64,000 nucleotides of DNA from the NCBI GenBank assembly GCA_003209275.1, contig QCRX01000002.1, forward strand, positions 7,132-71,131, read 5' to 3'. Both the position numbers and the translations under genes were made by a program. This DNA is from Prochlorococcus sp. AG-463-P14 (GTDB lineage: Bacteria > Cyanobacteriota > Cyanobacteriia > PCC-6307 > Cyanobiaceae). The notes beneath the pieces are model-generated. The model was given only the letters and a program-made list of their open reading frames with translations, made no database searches and was not told the DNA's origin. Positions 32,360 through 45,146 of the stretch are shown in pieces; within the stretch, counting starts at the first letter, position 1; each line of letters begins with the position of its first letter.

Positions 32360-32408
32360 TGCTAATGCCAGTTAACAGGCCACACAATTCTGACTTTAGG
32401 AGGAAATT

Positions 32409-32858
32409 ATGTCCCTTATGCAAACTGAACTTCAAGCAAAAGTTTTTGATTTCGCATTAACTGAATTAGTGAGGCAGCATAAAAATAGCTTTCAACCACT
32501 TTGGACTGTAGATAGTTGGGCGAAATTTTTGATTTGGGTTGCTTTAAATTGTGGACTCTCCGGAGAGAGAGAGAGTCTTGAGGTCTTTGCTGATGCTTTA
32601 GGCACTCCTTTGACAGTCCGCATGAGAAAACTTTTTTTTGAACGAACTCTTGATGATTTTTCGCTCAAACTAATGGCTGATCCTGCAGAGATGGAAGTTT
32701 TAGTAATGCCTTTATATCCTGGCGGTGTGCTGACTTTTGAAATTGTGCACCAGGCTTTAGACAAAGTTGGTTTGATAGAACAAGTTGTTGCTGATAAGAG
32801 TCAATGGAAATCTTTTGATGCCCTTGTGGCTGTTCCTTGGCAATCGTTAGGGATTTGA
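32409..32858 (+). CDS. Conserved hypothetical protein (149 aa)
   Basis: ORF with ATG start and AGGAGG 4 nt upstream (tttAGGAGGaaattATG). I recognise no motif. Confidence 0.6.
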   Translation: MSLMQTELQAKVFDFALTELVRQHKNSFQPLWTVDSWAKFLIWVALNCGLSGERESLEVFADALGTPLTVRMRKLFFERTLDDFSLKLMADPAEMEVLVMPLYPGGVLTFEIVHQALDKVGLIEQVVADKSQWKSFDALVAVPWQSLGI

Positions 32859-32913
32859 CTTTGATTTTCGTGAAAAAGCGCTTTTTAGCCGGTGTTTTGC
32901 GAGCATGGTTTGA

Positions 32914-35730
32914 ATGTTCTGCAATTCTTCTGTGACTGAATTGTCCGATTCTTCAGGTTTTTTAAATGCGGCAGATGGCTTGCCTAAGACTTATGACCCT
33001 GCAGGAACCGAGAAGCGTTGGCAACGTGTGTGGGAAGACAGTGGTGCTTTTCATCCAGACCCAAAGGCTTTAGGAGAATCTTTTTCGGTGGTCATTCCTC
33101 CGCCAAATGTCACTGGTAGCCTGCATATGGGCCATGCTTTTAACACATCCCTTATTGACACTATTGTCAGATTTCAAAGGATGCTTGGAAAGAATGTTCT
33201 TTGTTTGCCAGGCACTGATCATGCCTCTATTGCGGTACAGACGATTCTTGAAAAGCAACTAAAAGACGAAGGTATTGATCGTTATGAGTTAGGTAGAGAA
33301 GCTTTCTTAGAGCGAGCTTGGGCTTGGAAAGCTGAGAGTGGCGGCCGCATTGTTGATCAGCTTCGCCGATTGGGATATTCCGTTGATTGGCGAAGACAAC
33401 GATTTACTTTGGATGAAAGTCTGAGCAAGGCAGTTTCTGAAGCTTTTGTTCGGTTGCATGAACAGGGACTGATTTATAGGGGTGAATACCTTGTTAATTG
33501 GTGTCCAGCGTCATGTTCAGCTGTTAGCGATTTAGAGGTAGATATGAAAGAGGTCGATGGCTATCTTTGGCATTTTAGATATCCCCTTTTAAAAACTAAT
33601 ACTGTCGATCCGATTACTTATTTGGAAGTAGCTACTACTCGACCTGAAACGATGCTTGGTGATGTAGCAGTTGCTGTCAATCCTTCTGATCAACGCTACA
33701 AGCACCTGATCGGTCAGAAACTCATTTTGCCTTTTCTAGAACGTCATATTCCCGTTATTGCGGATGAACATGTAGATCAAGATTTTGGTACGGGTTGCGT
33801 AAAGGTGACACCTGCTCATGATCCAAACGATTTTGCTATAGGTCAACGACATCACCTACCTCAAATCACAGTAATGAATAGGAATGGTGTGATGAATGAA
33901 AATGCTGGTCCCTTTGCAGGACTTGATCGATTTGTTGCACGTGAAGCTGTAATTGCTGCTCTAGAAAAGGAAGATTTATTGACCAAAGTGGAGCCTTATC
34001 GCCATACCGTGCCTTTCTCTGATAGAGGCAAGGTGCCAATAGAGCCTCTTCTCTCGACTCAATGGTTTGTGCGTATGGAATCCATGGCATCTAGATGTCG
34101 ATCATCTCTTGTAAAAGGTCAGCCTCGTTTTGTTCCAGATCGTTGGGAGAAGGTTTATAGCGATTGGCTAACTGATATTCGTGATTGGTGTATCAGTAGA
34201 CAGTTGTGGTGGGGACATCGAATTCCTGCTTGGTTTGTTGTGAGTGAGACAAATGGAGAATTAACTGACACAACTCCTTATGTAGTCGCTCGTTCAGAAG
34301 AAGAAGCCTTTGCACAGGCACTTGAACGCTTTGGGGAATCGGCTCAGATTCAACAAGATGAAGATGTACTTGATACTTGGTTTTCTAGTGGTCTCTGGCC
34401 ATTTTCTACTTTGGGTTGGCCTGATGAAACTTGTGCTGATTTAACTCGTTGGTATCCGACTAGTACGTTAGTCACAGGTTTCGACATCATTTTCTTCTGG
34501 GTTGCCAGAATGACAATGATGGCTGGGGTTTTTACAGGATCTATGCCATTTTCAGATGTATATATACATGGTCTTGTGAGAGATGAACAGAATCGAAAGA
34601 TGAGCAAAAGTGCAGGTAATGGGATTAATCCGCTTTTACTTATTGATCGTTATGGCACGGATGCATTGAGATTTGCTTTGGTTCGTGAGGTTGCAGGGGC
34701 AGGACAAGACATTCGTCTTGATTACGACCGTAAGAAACAGACTTCCGCAACGGTCGAGGCTTCTAGAAATTTTGCCAACAAATTGTGGAATGCAACTCGT
34801 TTTGCTCTGATGAACTTGAATAATGAAACTAGTGAAAGTTTGGGAAAAATCGATTCCTCTGCTTTGCAATTGGCTGATAGGTGGATTCTTTCTCGTCTTG
34901 CCAGAGTTAATCGTGATACGTCAACACGCTTTAGCGATTATTCGCTTGGTGAAGGAGCTAAGGGACTTTATGAATTTGCTTGGCATGATTTTTGTGATTG
35001 GTATTTGGAACTAATTAAATATCGTCTACAAGCAGATGAAGCTTCTAACAATCAGTCATTGCTAGATAAGCAAACTGCTCGTCAAGTTTTGGTGAAAGTT
35101 TTAACTGAGTTGTTAGTCATGCTCCATCCGTTGATGCCTCATTTGACTGAAGAGCTCTGGCATGGATTAACAGGTACCTCTGAAGATACTTTGCTTGCTT
35201 TACAGAGTTGGCCACATTTTCATGAGGATCATTTAAACAACCAACTCGAAGAATCATTCTCGGAATTCTTTGAGGCGATTCGAGTTGTTAGGAATTTACG
35301 TGCACTTGCTGGTCTCAAAGCTTCTCAAAGAGTTCCAGTTCGCTTTGTCACGGCTAATAAACAATTGGCAGCTGCACTAGAACTCATGAAAGGAGATATT
35401 AAAGCCCTTACTCGTGCAGCTAACTTGGAAGTACTAGATCCGTTGGCAGCAGAGGCTAATCCAGCAGCCAAGGCTCTAGCTGGGGTGACTGGCGACTTAC
35501 AAGTTCTTATCCCTGTGGAAGGTTTGGTGGACATAGTGGCCCTTCGCTCTCGTTTAGAAAAAGATGTTGTAAAAGCAGAAAAAGATATCAGTAGCCTTTC
35601 CGGTCGCTTGGCTAATCAAAGTTTTTTAGATAAAGCACCTCTTGAAGTTGTTTCCGAATGCAAGCTCAATTTGGCTGAGGCTCAGGCTCAGGCGGATTTG
35701 GCCCGTAAACGTTTGCTTGAATTAAGTTGA
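32914..35730 (+). CDS. valS: Valine--tRNA ligase
   Basis: 938 aa with HIGH-type [19 protein letters not shown], and a C-terminal coiled coil. Confidence 0.97.
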   Translation: MFCNSSVTELSDSSGFLNAADGLPKTYDPAGTEKRWQRVWEDSGAFHPDPKALGESFSVVIPPPNVTGSLHMGHAFNTSLIDTIVRFQRMLGKNVLCLPGTDHASIAVQTILEKQLKDEGIDRYELGREAFLERAWAWKAESGGRIVDQLRRLGYSVDWRRQRFTLDESLSKAVSEAFVRLHEQGLIYRGEYLVNWCPASCSAVSDLEVDMKEVDGYLWHFRYPLLKTNTVDPITYLEVATTRPETMLGDVAVAVNPSDQRYKHLIGQKLILPFLERHIPVIADEHVDQDFGTGCVKVTPAHDPNDFAIGQRHHLPQITVMNRNGVMNENAGPFAGLDRFVAREAVIAALEKEDLLTKVEPYRHTVPFSDRGKVPIEPLLSTQWFVRMESMASRCRSSLVKGQPRFVPDRWEKVYSDWLTDIRDWCISRQLWWGHRIPAWFVVSETNGELTDTTPYVVARSEEEAFAQALERFGESAQIQQDEDVLDTWFSSGLWPFSTLGWPDETCADLTRWYPTSTLVTGFDIIFFWVARMTMMAGVFTGSMPFSDVYIHGLVRDEQNRKMSKSAGNGINPLLLIDRYGTDALRFALVREVAGAGQDIRLDYDRKKQTSATVEASRNFANKLWNATRFALMNLNNETSESLGKIDSSALQLADRWILSRLARVNRDTSTRFSDYSLGEGAKGLYEFAWHDFCDWYLELIKYRLQADEASNNQSLLDKQTARQVLVKVLTELLVMLHPLMPHLTEELWHGLTGTSEDTLLALQSWPHFHEDHLNNQLEESFSEFFEAIRVVRNLRALAGLKASQRVPVRFVTANKQLAAALELMKGDIKALTRAANLEVLDPLAAEANPAAKALAGVTGDLQVLIPVEGLVDIVALRSRLEKDVVKAEKDISSLSGRLANQSFLDKAPLEVVSECKLNLAEAQAQADLARKRLLELS

Positions 35731-35847
35731 TAGATTGTTTTCTTCACAAGAAAAGCCTTTGTTTCGAAAACATATTTGCTTGATCATTTCATTAGGATTG
35801 GCAACTTTGACAGTCGTTAATTTTTCAGGACTTCAACTAATTTTAAT

Positions 35848-36474
35848 TTGATGATGGCTGACCTAAGTTCGTTGCTCGAACAATTTCTTCCTTTTTTGCA
35901 TTCGCCTTTAGGTGCTGCATTGTTTGTTCCTCTCTATGCTTTGTGGGTGACTTTGCTTTTGCCTGGGGTATGGGCTTCGATGCTGGCGGGAGCACTTTAT
36001 GGCACTTGGAAGGGGAGTGCTCTTGTTTTCCTTGGCGCCTTTATTGGCGCAGAAGTAGCCTTTCTTTTGGGACGCTCTTTTTTAAGAAATTGGATTCAGC
36101 GACGTTTAATAGAGAAGCCAAAACTTAAAGCAATAGAAAAAGCTGTTACACGTGAAGGTCTGAAATTAGTTTTATTGACTCGTCTTTCTCCTGCGTTTCC
36201 TTTCAGTTTGCTCAACCTTGCGTATGGCCTGAGTGAGGTGAGTTGGACTGATTACACAGTCGGTTTGTTAGGAATTCTCCCGGGTACGATTTTGTTTTGT
36301 GGTCTTGGTTCGTTAGCTGGTGATATAGCTCGCTTTGGAGAGGTCCTTCAGGGAGGAGAAGATTACTCGTCCTCTGTATTGCGTCTTGTCGGCTTAGTGT
36401 CAACTATTGCGGTTGTTTGGCTTTTTGCTCGCGCAGCTAAAAACGTCCTTCAAGAATCTGATAGTTCAGATTGA
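35848..36474 (+). CDS. TVP38/TMEM64 (DedA/SNARE-associated) family membrane protein (ATG at 35851 is the likely start)
   Basis: About 207 aa with typical DedA-like helices (VLLTRLSPAFPFSLLNLAYGLS). Confidence 0.8.
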   Translation: MMMADLSSLLEQFLPFLHSPLGAALFVPLYALWVTLLLPGVWASMLAGALYGTWKGSALVFLGAFIGAEVAFLLGRSFLRNWIQRRLIEKPKLKAIEKAVTREGLKLVLLTRLSPAFPFSLLNLAYGLSEVSWTDYTVGLLGILPGTILFCGLGSLAGDIARFGEVLQGGEDYSSSVLRLVGLVSTIAVVWLFARAAKNVLQESDSSD

Positions 36475-36643
36475 TCTGGGTTATTTAGCTTCAAGTCACG
36501 AAGAGCAGCAAAGAAAACAAACCAGCCAAGTCTTATCCAAGCAAACCCCCCTTTTTTTGCTGCTAATTCAGTATATTTTTGTCTACCACAGGCACTTTTG
36601 ATCCAATAATGAACGATTTTATTTTGCATGGTTTCGAAATTTT

Positions 36644-38758
<2,115 letters not shown>

Positions 38759-38770
38759 TTAAACTAAGGA

Positions 38771-39193
38771 TTAGGATGTGACTTTGGCGATGCGGTCGAT
38801 GCGCCAGGAATCTTCAATTTTTACGAAGGTAAAGTCTAAAGGTAACTCAGATTTTTTATCTTCTGATTTCAATTTTAAAGTGAGAATAATTTGTTTGTCC
38901 TCAATTCTTGGACGCCCTGACTTTAAATTTCTATAACGGTTTAGTTCAAGTCCTTTTAAAAATTTTTCAAAATCTTGCCTGTTTACATGTTGGCGATAAG
39001 TTTTTGTGGTTAACAAATAGGCCGCATCTAACCTGTAAGAGGCTATTTGATTGAAGAATTGCTTCACAAGAGGGTTGATTCCCCGTGCGCTAATGATGAG
39101 TTTGACTGCATTAAAAGTCCAGAAGAGAAGGAGACCTCCTGCTCCTGCTAGCAAGACTTTGGTGCCTATATCCCGTACTAGAGCCCCATCCAT
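38771..39193 (-). CDS. Hypothetical protein with an N-terminal transmembrane anchor (140 aa)
   Basis: ORF 21 nt downstream of ligA with a TM helix VLLAGAGGLLLFWTF. No motif confidently recognised. Confidence 0.55.
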   Translation of the reverse strand: MDGALVRDIGTKVLLAGAGGLLLFWTFNAVKLIISARGINPLVKQFFNQIASYRLDAAYLLTTKTYRQHVNRQDFEKFLKGLELNRYRNLKSGRPRIEDKQIILTLKLKSEDKKSELPLDFTFVKIEDSWRIDRIAKVTS

Positions 39194-39319
39194 TGTTTGA
39201 ATGCAATTGAGTAGAGAGTTGGACTTGCTTACTTTAGGAACAAAATTGGTTTAAGAGTTCCTGAATTTTCGGCAAACTGACTTTGCCTTAGATAGAGAAC
39301 CTTAGCCCCCTTTGCTTCC

Positions 39320-39868
39320 ATGCCTTTGGTACCTCTGTTACCGCTGTTTCACAGTTTCAATAGAAAATATTTTGAAGGTACTTTGGTAGCTGGATCTAGG
39401 CCATTGGTTTCTGTGCGATGGAGTGATGGTCGTTTACGCAAAACAGCTGGTTTGTACAGGCGAGGGCCCAATGTCGCTACGAAAAGTGGGTCTGAGATTG
39501 TTTTATCACGCCCTCTGTTGGAGCATTTGCCGCAAAATGCTATTGAGAGCACGCTCTGTCATGAGATGATCCATGCGTGGATAGATTTGGTGTTAATGGT
39601 GGAAGAAGGACATGGGCCAAATTTCTATAAGAGAATGAACTTAATTAATTCTGTCCAAAATGAATTTCAAATTAGTGTGAGACACAAATTTCCTGTTCCT
39701 AAATCAGCTCCTAGATGGTTGGCTGTATGTCCTCATTGTGGAAGCAGTTTCCCTTACCGCCGCTTAGTACGTGGAGCTGCATGTAAAGCTTGTTGTGATA
39801 CATATCATGGTGGTCATTGGAATGTGAATTGTCTCTTGCACTATGTGCCGGCTAAAAAGGAGGCATAA
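39320..39868 (+). CDS. SprT-like zinc metalloprotease domain protein
   Basis: HExxH (CHEMIHAW) followed by a C-terminal zinc ribbon CPHCGSSF...CKACCDTYHGG. Confidence 0.75.
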   Translation: MPLVPLLPLFHSFNRKYFEGTLVAGSRPLVSVRWSDGRLRKTAGLYRRGPNVATKSGSEIVLSRPLLEHLPQNAIESTLCHEMIHAWIDLVLMVEEGHGPNFYKRMNLINSVQNEFQISVRHKFPVPKSAPRWLAVCPHCGSSFPYRRLVRGAACKACCDTYHGGHWNVNCLLHYVPAKKEA

Positions 39869-39968
39869 TTTGGATTTATTTTTCTTAGTGCTCCAGTTCA
39901 GTGGAATTTCTATTGCTCTAATTGGGGTACAGCGAGAGCACTGGCTCGAGAAAAGGCGACGTTGAATT

Positions 39969-40493
39969 GTGAATATGGATGTAAGTCGTCAAGATAAATA
40001 TCGTCGCCAGCAAGCGAAAGATTCTTTTGATCGTCGTGTAGATCAGTGGATAGAGACTGGGAGACAGTTCGTAGATGGTGTTGCTGGCACGCGGCCAGGA
40101 AAACGAAGGTCTATCAACGTGGATCGTCGCTCAAGTTCAAGCTTGGAATCTGTAGGACGCTGGGTTGGTGACAAAATTGATTGGTTTCTAGAAGATGAGG
40201 ATGATTGGGTTGAACCTTGGCAGTCAGATACTAAGGAGACTAATTTGGTGAAAAAGAAACCTTTAGATGCTATTTCGCGCAGAAGTCCAAAAGAGATTTC
40301 TTCTAGAACTGAACTGAATCAGACTTCTGCGTCTTCAGATGATTGGCCTCAAGACTCTGATTATCGAGTGGACAAATGGCAACGCCCTCAACCAGATCAA
40401 CGCTTGAACAACGACCCGATCTCTAAAAGAAGTCGTAAATCAAACAGCTCTGATCGCCGACCATTGCCGAGGTCTAGCCGAAGACGTTTTTAA
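39969..40493 (+). CDS. Highly charged, low-complexity hypothetical protein (174 aa)
   Basis: Rich in R, S, D and W with acidic Trp motifs (DDWVEPW, DDWPQD, DKWQRP) and a basic tail SSRRRF. GTG/ATG start region. Confidence 0.5.
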   Translation: MNMDVSRQDKYRRQQAKDSFDRRVDQWIETGRQFVDGVAGTRPGKRRSINVDRRSSSSLESVGRWVGDKIDWFLEDEDDWVEPWQSDTKETNLVKKKPLDAISRRSPKEISSRTELNQTSASSDDWPQDSDYRVDKWQRPQPDQRLNNDPISKRSRKSNSSDRRPLPRSSRRRF

Positions 40494-40546
40494 TTCACAA
40501 ATTCATATATTGTCGACCTTAATATAAATTATCTATTCTAGAAAAT

Positions 40547-41134
40547 CTATTTTAATGGATATTTGTATTGAGCTTGGCCAAGCCAAGTTTCTAAATTGGG
40601 GCTGAAAACTTCTCGGATAACAGTTAGCTCTTTTGCATTTCTAAAAAATCTATAATGTCTACTCCAAAATGGTCCTTCTCTCTGAAACTCAGATTCAAGC
40701 CATTTTGCTGAGACTAAGGCCAAACCATCTACTTCTCTAAACAGTTCTGAACGACCTTCGGTGAGACTTCTCCATATTGGTTGATGCTTATTTTTCAGAC
40801 TTTTCTGCACTTCAATTTGATTCCACCAACTTTCTGCCCAGGCAAGGGTTTGTCTTCCACATGTGAGCCAAACTTGACGTCTAAGTAAAGGTGGACTGAG
40901 TTCCTTCGTTTCAATAGGGGCTCCCGAACTTTCAGGCGACTCTGGCTCCATTCCAATTAATTTGATCTCTACTTCTTGACCAGTAAGCAATCGGAGATGA
41001 CGTGTTGGGCTTCCATCACCTAAAAGCATTAATTTCCATGGCCCTGGGAGTAAATGTGGCCCATTGCCAGTTATTACAGACTTGCGAGGAGCCTCCCAAA
41101 TAATTTTTGGAGACTCGAATAGTGATTGTTTCAG
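40547..41134 (-). CDS. Chorismate lyase-like (UbiC/DUF564 family) protein; start proposed at CTG 41134
   Basis: LLGDGSPTRHLRLLTG ... AESWW ... PIWRSL ... GPFWSRHY ... REVFSP. A 35-codon stop-free in-frame extension lies upstream of ATG 41029, and GGAGG (41145-41141) lies 6 nt upstream of CTG 41134. Confidence 0.7.
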   Translation of the reverse strand: MKQSLFESPKIIWEAPRKSVITGNGPHLLPGPWKLMLLGDGSPTRHLRLLTGQEVEIKLIGMEPESPESSGAPIETKELSPPLLRRQVWLTCGRQTLAWAESWWNQIEVQKSLKNKHQPIWRSLTEGRSELFREVDGLALVSAKWLESEFQREGPFWSRHYRFFRNAKELTVIREVFSPNLETWLGQAQYKYPLK

Positions 41135-41140
41135 AAGTCA

Positions 41141-41145
41141 CCTCC
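41141..41145 (-). promoter_or_regulatory. Shine-Dalgarno GGAGG upstream of the proposed CTG start of the chorismate-lyase-like gene
   Basis: The minus-strand sense reads acGGAGGtgacttCTGaaa, with 6-nt spacing. Confidence 0.5.
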
Positions 41146-41162
41146 GTTAGTGAGCTGATCAT

Positions 41163-43121
41163 TCATAACGAAAAGTTGGCTTGATGTTTTTTACGACTTT
41201 CTAGTTTTAACCAAACTAGAAGAGCTGATACATCTGCTTTACTGACGCCTGGCAAATCAGCTGCATGTCCTAAACTAACCGGTTTAATCAGCGTTAATTT
41301 TTCTCGAGCTTCTTTAGAAATTGTGCCGATATTATTGTAGTCCAGATCTCTAGGCAGTAATCGCTTCCTATGTTTTTTTAATTGATCAATTTGTGCTTGT
41401 TGGCGTTCTAAATAACCACTGTATTTAATGTCAATTTCTGCACCTTCCTGAATAGCGAGAGATAATTCTGGAGCTGACAGGTTATATCGAATAAGGGTTG
41501 AGGTATGTACTCCTGGTCGGCGTAATAAATTCGCAAGTGTTATTGATCCATTAATAGGAGCACCAGTCTCCTTGCAGATTTCAGGAGCAATTGGATCAGT
41601 TTCTTTTAATCGCTGACTTTCTAGTCGATTTTTTTCTTCTTCGATTGCGTGCAGCTTCTCTTTATGCAAAACCCAGCGGCGTTTATCTATGAGCCCAAGC
41701 TCGTATGCCAGTGGGGTGAGTCGTCTATCTGCATTATCTCCTCTAAGAACAAGACGATATTCACTTCGGCTGGTTAGGACTCTATAAGGTTCGTGAAGAT
41801 CTTGACTAACAAGATCATCGATCATTGTTCCTATGTAGCTGTCTTCGCGAGAGAATTCAATTGCTTCTTGGCCTTTGATGAGTCTTGATGCATTAAGTCC
41901 TGCGACAAGCCCTTGAGCTGCAGCTTCTTCATAACCAGTGGTCCCGTTTAATTGGCCTGCACTAAAGAGCCCTTGTACCCGTTTGGTTTCTAAAGAATGC
42001 TTGAGTTGTGTCGCAGGCATATAGTCATATTCAACTGCATATGCTGGTCGAAGCATTATGCAATTCTCTAGTCCAGGAAGAGTTCTTAGTAGTTGTAGTT
42101 GTATATCTTCTGGTAATCCTGTAGAGAAACCTTGAACATATATTTCTGGAGTATCTCGCCCTTCGGGCTCGAGAAAAATTTGATGAGATTCTTTATCTGA
42201 AAAACGTACTATTTTATCTTCGATCGATGGGCAATAACGTGGGCCTTTGCTATCAATAAAACCTCCATATATTGGCGTGAGATGAAGATTATCTTTGATT
42301 AGCTTATGAGTTTTGTTTGTAGTTCGTGTGATATGACAGCTCATTTGCTCTTGACTAATCCATGCATTTGGATCGAATGAGAAGAAACGATCAGATGCAT
42401 CACTAGGTTGCTCTTCTAGGCTGTCGAGTTGGATACTTCGTCTATCTACTCGAGCAGGAGTTCCTGTCTTGAGTCGATTAGTTATGAAGCCAAGGTTTTG
42501 TAGCGATTCTGTTAATCCTTCGGCTGCTTGTTCTCCTGCACGGCCTGCGGGCATTGATTGACTACCTACCCAAATTTTTCCTCCCAGAAAAGTCCCTGTA
42601 GTGAGAATGACTGCTTTAGCACTGTAGAAACTTCCGAAATATGTTTTTACGCCTTGAATTTCCGGAACTTGGAAATCAGATAATTCACTTTGGTTGATAT
42701 TTTTTGGGTTTTCTCCATCTATTATCAATTCCGTAATCATTGCTTCACGAAGTGCGAGGTGAGGTGTGTTTTGGAGTATTTCCAACATTTTTCTTGAATA
42801 GAGTCTTTTGTCTGTTTGAGCTCTTAGGGCCCATACAGCTGGTCCCCTACTTGCGTTAAGAATTCGTTTCTGAATTGCTGCGAAATCTGCAAGTTTTCCA
42901 ATTACGCCTCCAAGAGCATCTACTTCATGTACAAGTTGACTTTTCGCTGGACCGCCTACTGCGGGATTACAAGGTTGCCATGCAATACGGTCGAGATTGA
43001 GCGTGAACAAGGCAGTTGTTAGCCCTAGCCGGGAGCTCGCCAGTGCAGCTTCACACCCTGCATGACCACCACCGATCACAATGACATCGAAGCATTCGGT
43101 TGGATCTTTAAGACTGTTCAT
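41163..43121 (-). CDS. mnmG: tRNA uridine 5-carboxymethylaminomethyl modification enzyme MnmG (GidA)
   Basis: 652 aa with [16 protein letters not shown]. Confidence 0.97.
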   Translation of the reverse strand: MNSLKDPTECFDVIVIGGGHAGCEAALASSRLGLTTALFTLNLDRIAWQPCNPAVGGPAKSQLVHEVDALGGVIGKLADFAAIQKRILNASRGPAVWALRAQTDKRLYSRKMLEILQNTPHLALREAMITELIIDGENPKNINQSELSDFQVPEIQGVKTYFGSFYSAKAVILTTGTFLGGKIWVGSQSMPAGRAGEQAAEGLTESLQNLGFITNRLKTGTPARVDRRSIQLDSLEEQPSDASDRFFSFDPNAWISQEQMSCHITRTTNKTHKLIKDNLHLTPIYGGFIDSKGPRYCPSIEDKIVRFSDKESHQIFLEPEGRDTPEIYVQGFSTGLPEDIQLQLLRTLPGLENCIMLRPAYAVEYDYMPATQLKHSLETKRVQGLFSAGQLNGTTGYEEAAAQGLVAGLNASRLIKGQEAIEFSREDSYIGTMIDDLVSQDLHEPYRVLTSRSEYRLVLRGDNADRRLTPLAYELGLIDKRRWVLHKEKLHAIEEEKNRLESQRLKETDPIAPEICKETGAPINGSITLANLLRRPGVHTSTLIRYNLSAPELSLAIQEGAEIDIKYSGYLERQQAQIDQLKKHRKRLLPRDLDYNNIGTISKEAREKLTLIKPVSLGHAADLPGVSKADVSALLVWLKLESRKKHQANFSL

Positions 43122-43162
43122 ATAACTATTATCCGCAGAAAGATTTTGGCTGTTTATTTGAT

Positions 43163-44578
43163 TTATGCGGCTAGATTTCTAAATCTTGTGAATTGCGGTT
43201 CAAAAAGCAGCTTTACTGTTCCCACAGGACCGTTGCGATGTTTGGTGACGATCACCTCGGTGATCCCTCTGTCAGGAGTTTCTGGGTTGTAATACTCGTC
43301 TCGATAAATCATCAGTACTAGGTCTGCATCTTGTTCAATTGATCCTGACTCACGAAGATCACTCAGCATTGGACGTTTGTTTGTTCGTGATTCGACCCCT
43401 CTACTTAATTGTGATAAAGCGATTACTGGAACTTTCAATTCTCGAGCCAGTCCTTTTAGACCTCGGGTAATTCGAGAAAGTTCTTGAACTCGATTATCTG
43501 GTGTTGAGCCTTCCATTAGCTGTAAATAATCAATTACGACAAGACCTAGCTCTTTGCCTTGTTCCGCCATTAATCGTCTACAAAGCGATCGCATTTCCAG
43601 GACTCCCGAATTGGGTTTGTCATCGATGTAGATAGGCAACTGACCAAGAGTATTTATTCCCTGACCTAGTAAAGGCCATTCTTCTTGTTGCAGACGACCG
43701 GTGCGTAGTCGGCCGCTTTCAATCCCTACTTCCATAGAGAGCAGGCGATATGTGAGTTGTTCTTTACTCATCTCAAGACTGAAAACACAAACAGGCAGAC
43801 TGTGCAGTTGAGCAACGTTTTTCGCAAGATTCAGCACAATTGAGGTTTTCCCCATTGCTGGTCTGCCAGCAACGATGATTAAATCACTTCGTTGTAGTCC
43901 TTGTGTCATTGCGTCCAAGTCATAGAAATTAACCGGGATGCCTGCTACGGAGGTCCCAAGTGAGCGACTTTCTATTTCGTTAAAAGTGCTAGTCAGGATC
44001 TCTGCAGTGGGTGTTAATCCTTTTGAGGGTTTTTCTTGGCTGATTGCGAAAATCTTTTGCTCTGCCTGGTCGAGCACTTCTTCCATTGGCAAGTTTTGCT
44101 CAAATCCAAGCTTGATTACTTCATTGCCTGAGCGGATCAGTTGACGTCTGAGAAATTTATCCATTACTAACTTCGCCACTTGTTCAATCGAGGCAGTCGA
44201 TGCAACACGTTCAACCAGTTCCACTAGGCGATTGCTTCCACCAACTTTTTCTAATGCCCCAGTATCTGCTAACCATGCGCTCATGGCAGTTAGATCAGTT
44301 GGTTTGCCTTGGCTGTGAAGCATTAAGGCTGTGCGATATATCTGTCGGTGTGCGTTGAGATAAAAGGCGTCTGGTTGCAATAGATCGGCTACTCGACTGA
44401 TCGCATCTGGATCTAGCAAAATCCCTCCAAGGATTGCTTCTTCCGCTTCTAAATTTTGAGGTGGGATGGAATCTGGTTGGCCTTCAAATCCTGGTTTAGG
44501 TGATTGGGAAACGATCTCGCTTGGGCGAGACTGTTGTTTGGCAGCATCGCCATCACTTTGGAGTGGGATGCTCACCAT
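43163..44578 (-). CDS. dnaB: Replicative DNA helicase DnaB
   Basis: 471 aa with [18 protein letters not shown], Walker [10 protein letters not shown] and SQLSRGVE. No intein insertion. Confidence 0.97.
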   Translation of the reverse strand: MVSIPLQSDGDAAKQQSRPSEIVSQSPKPGFEGQPDSIPPQNLEAEEAILGGILLDPDAISRVADLLQPDAFYLNAHRQIYRTALMLHSQGKPTDLTAMSAWLADTGALEKVGGSNRLVELVERVASTASIEQVAKLVMDKFLRRQLIRSGNEVIKLGFEQNLPMEEVLDQAEQKIFAISQEKPSKGLTPTAEILTSTFNEIESRSLGTSVAGIPVNFYDLDAMTQGLQRSDLIIVAGRPAMGKTSIVLNLAKNVAQLHSLPVCVFSLEMSKEQLTYRLLSMEVGIESGRLRTGRLQQEEWPLLGQGINTLGQLPIYIDDKPNSGVLEMRSLCRRLMAEQGKELGLVVIDYLQLMEGSTPDNRVQELSRITRGLKGLARELKVPVIALSQLSRGVESRTNKRPMLSDLRESGSIEQDADLVLMIYRDEYYNPETPDRGITEVIVTKHRNGPVGTVKLLFEPQFTRFRNLAA

Positions 44579-44646
44579 TTATCAGGACTCATGGTTAATG
44601 AACTTTCACTATGGTTTAGTAAAGGCACCTCACCTCTCCCAATTGT

Positions 44647-45105
44647 TTAGTAGCTAATTACTTCTAGGTTTATTTCGGCTGTGACTTCGGTATGTAATTT
44701 TACTTGAACTTTGTATTTGCCAGTGCGGTGAATTTCTGGAACTGATATATCCCTTCGATCGATTTGTTTTTTGGTGGCTTCTTCAATAACTTCAGCGACG
44801 TCTCCATTTGTAACAGTTCCAAATAACACTTCATCTTCCCCAATCTGCTTTTTAACTGTGAATCGTCCAATTGTGACTAGTGCAGTTTGGAAATCTATGG
44901 CTTCTTGCTTTAGGGCAGCCTCTTGTTCAGCCTGTTTAGCTCGACGATGTTTAACTTGCTTCAATACTGCAGGTGTGACGGGTAAAGCTTTCCCATAAGG
45001 CAACAGAAAGTTTCTGGCATATCCAGGTGCAACTTCTACTAAGTCGCCATCTTTGCCTAGGCTGAGGACATCCTCGTTTAGGACAACTTGTACACGTTTT
45101 GCCAT
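44647..45105 (-). CDS. rplI: 50S ribosomal protein L9
   Basis: [36 protein letters not shown]. Confidence 0.95.
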   Translation of the reverse strand: MAKRVQVVLNEDVLSLGKDGDLVEVAPGYARNFLLPYGKALPVTPAVLKQVKHRRAKQAEQEAALKQEAIDFQTALVTIGRFTVKKQIGEDEVLFGTVTNGDVAEVIEEATKKQIDRRDISVPEIHRTGKYKVQVKLHTEVTAEINLEVISY

Positions 45106-45146
45106 AACTAATACCAGTACTTACTAAGGCCCTGAAGTCGATAACC

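Noticed and set aside
32873-32886. 14-bp palindrome AAAAAGCGCTTTTT between the 149-aa ORF and valS
   Set aside because: It is real in the sequence. As RNA it gives only five A-U pairs around a GCGC loop. As DNA it is a low-complexity A5/T5 element. There is no basis for a functional call.
35738-35754. Hairpin TTTTCTT-cac-AAGAAAA after valS as a terminator
   Set aside because: The stem is almost entirely A-U (one G-C pair) and no proper U-tract follows, so it is too weak to call.
43163-44578. Checked dnaB for an intein, which is common in cyanobacterial dnaB
   Set aside because: The ORF is 471 aa and is contiguous through the Walker A/B and SQLSR motifs, so there is no insertion.
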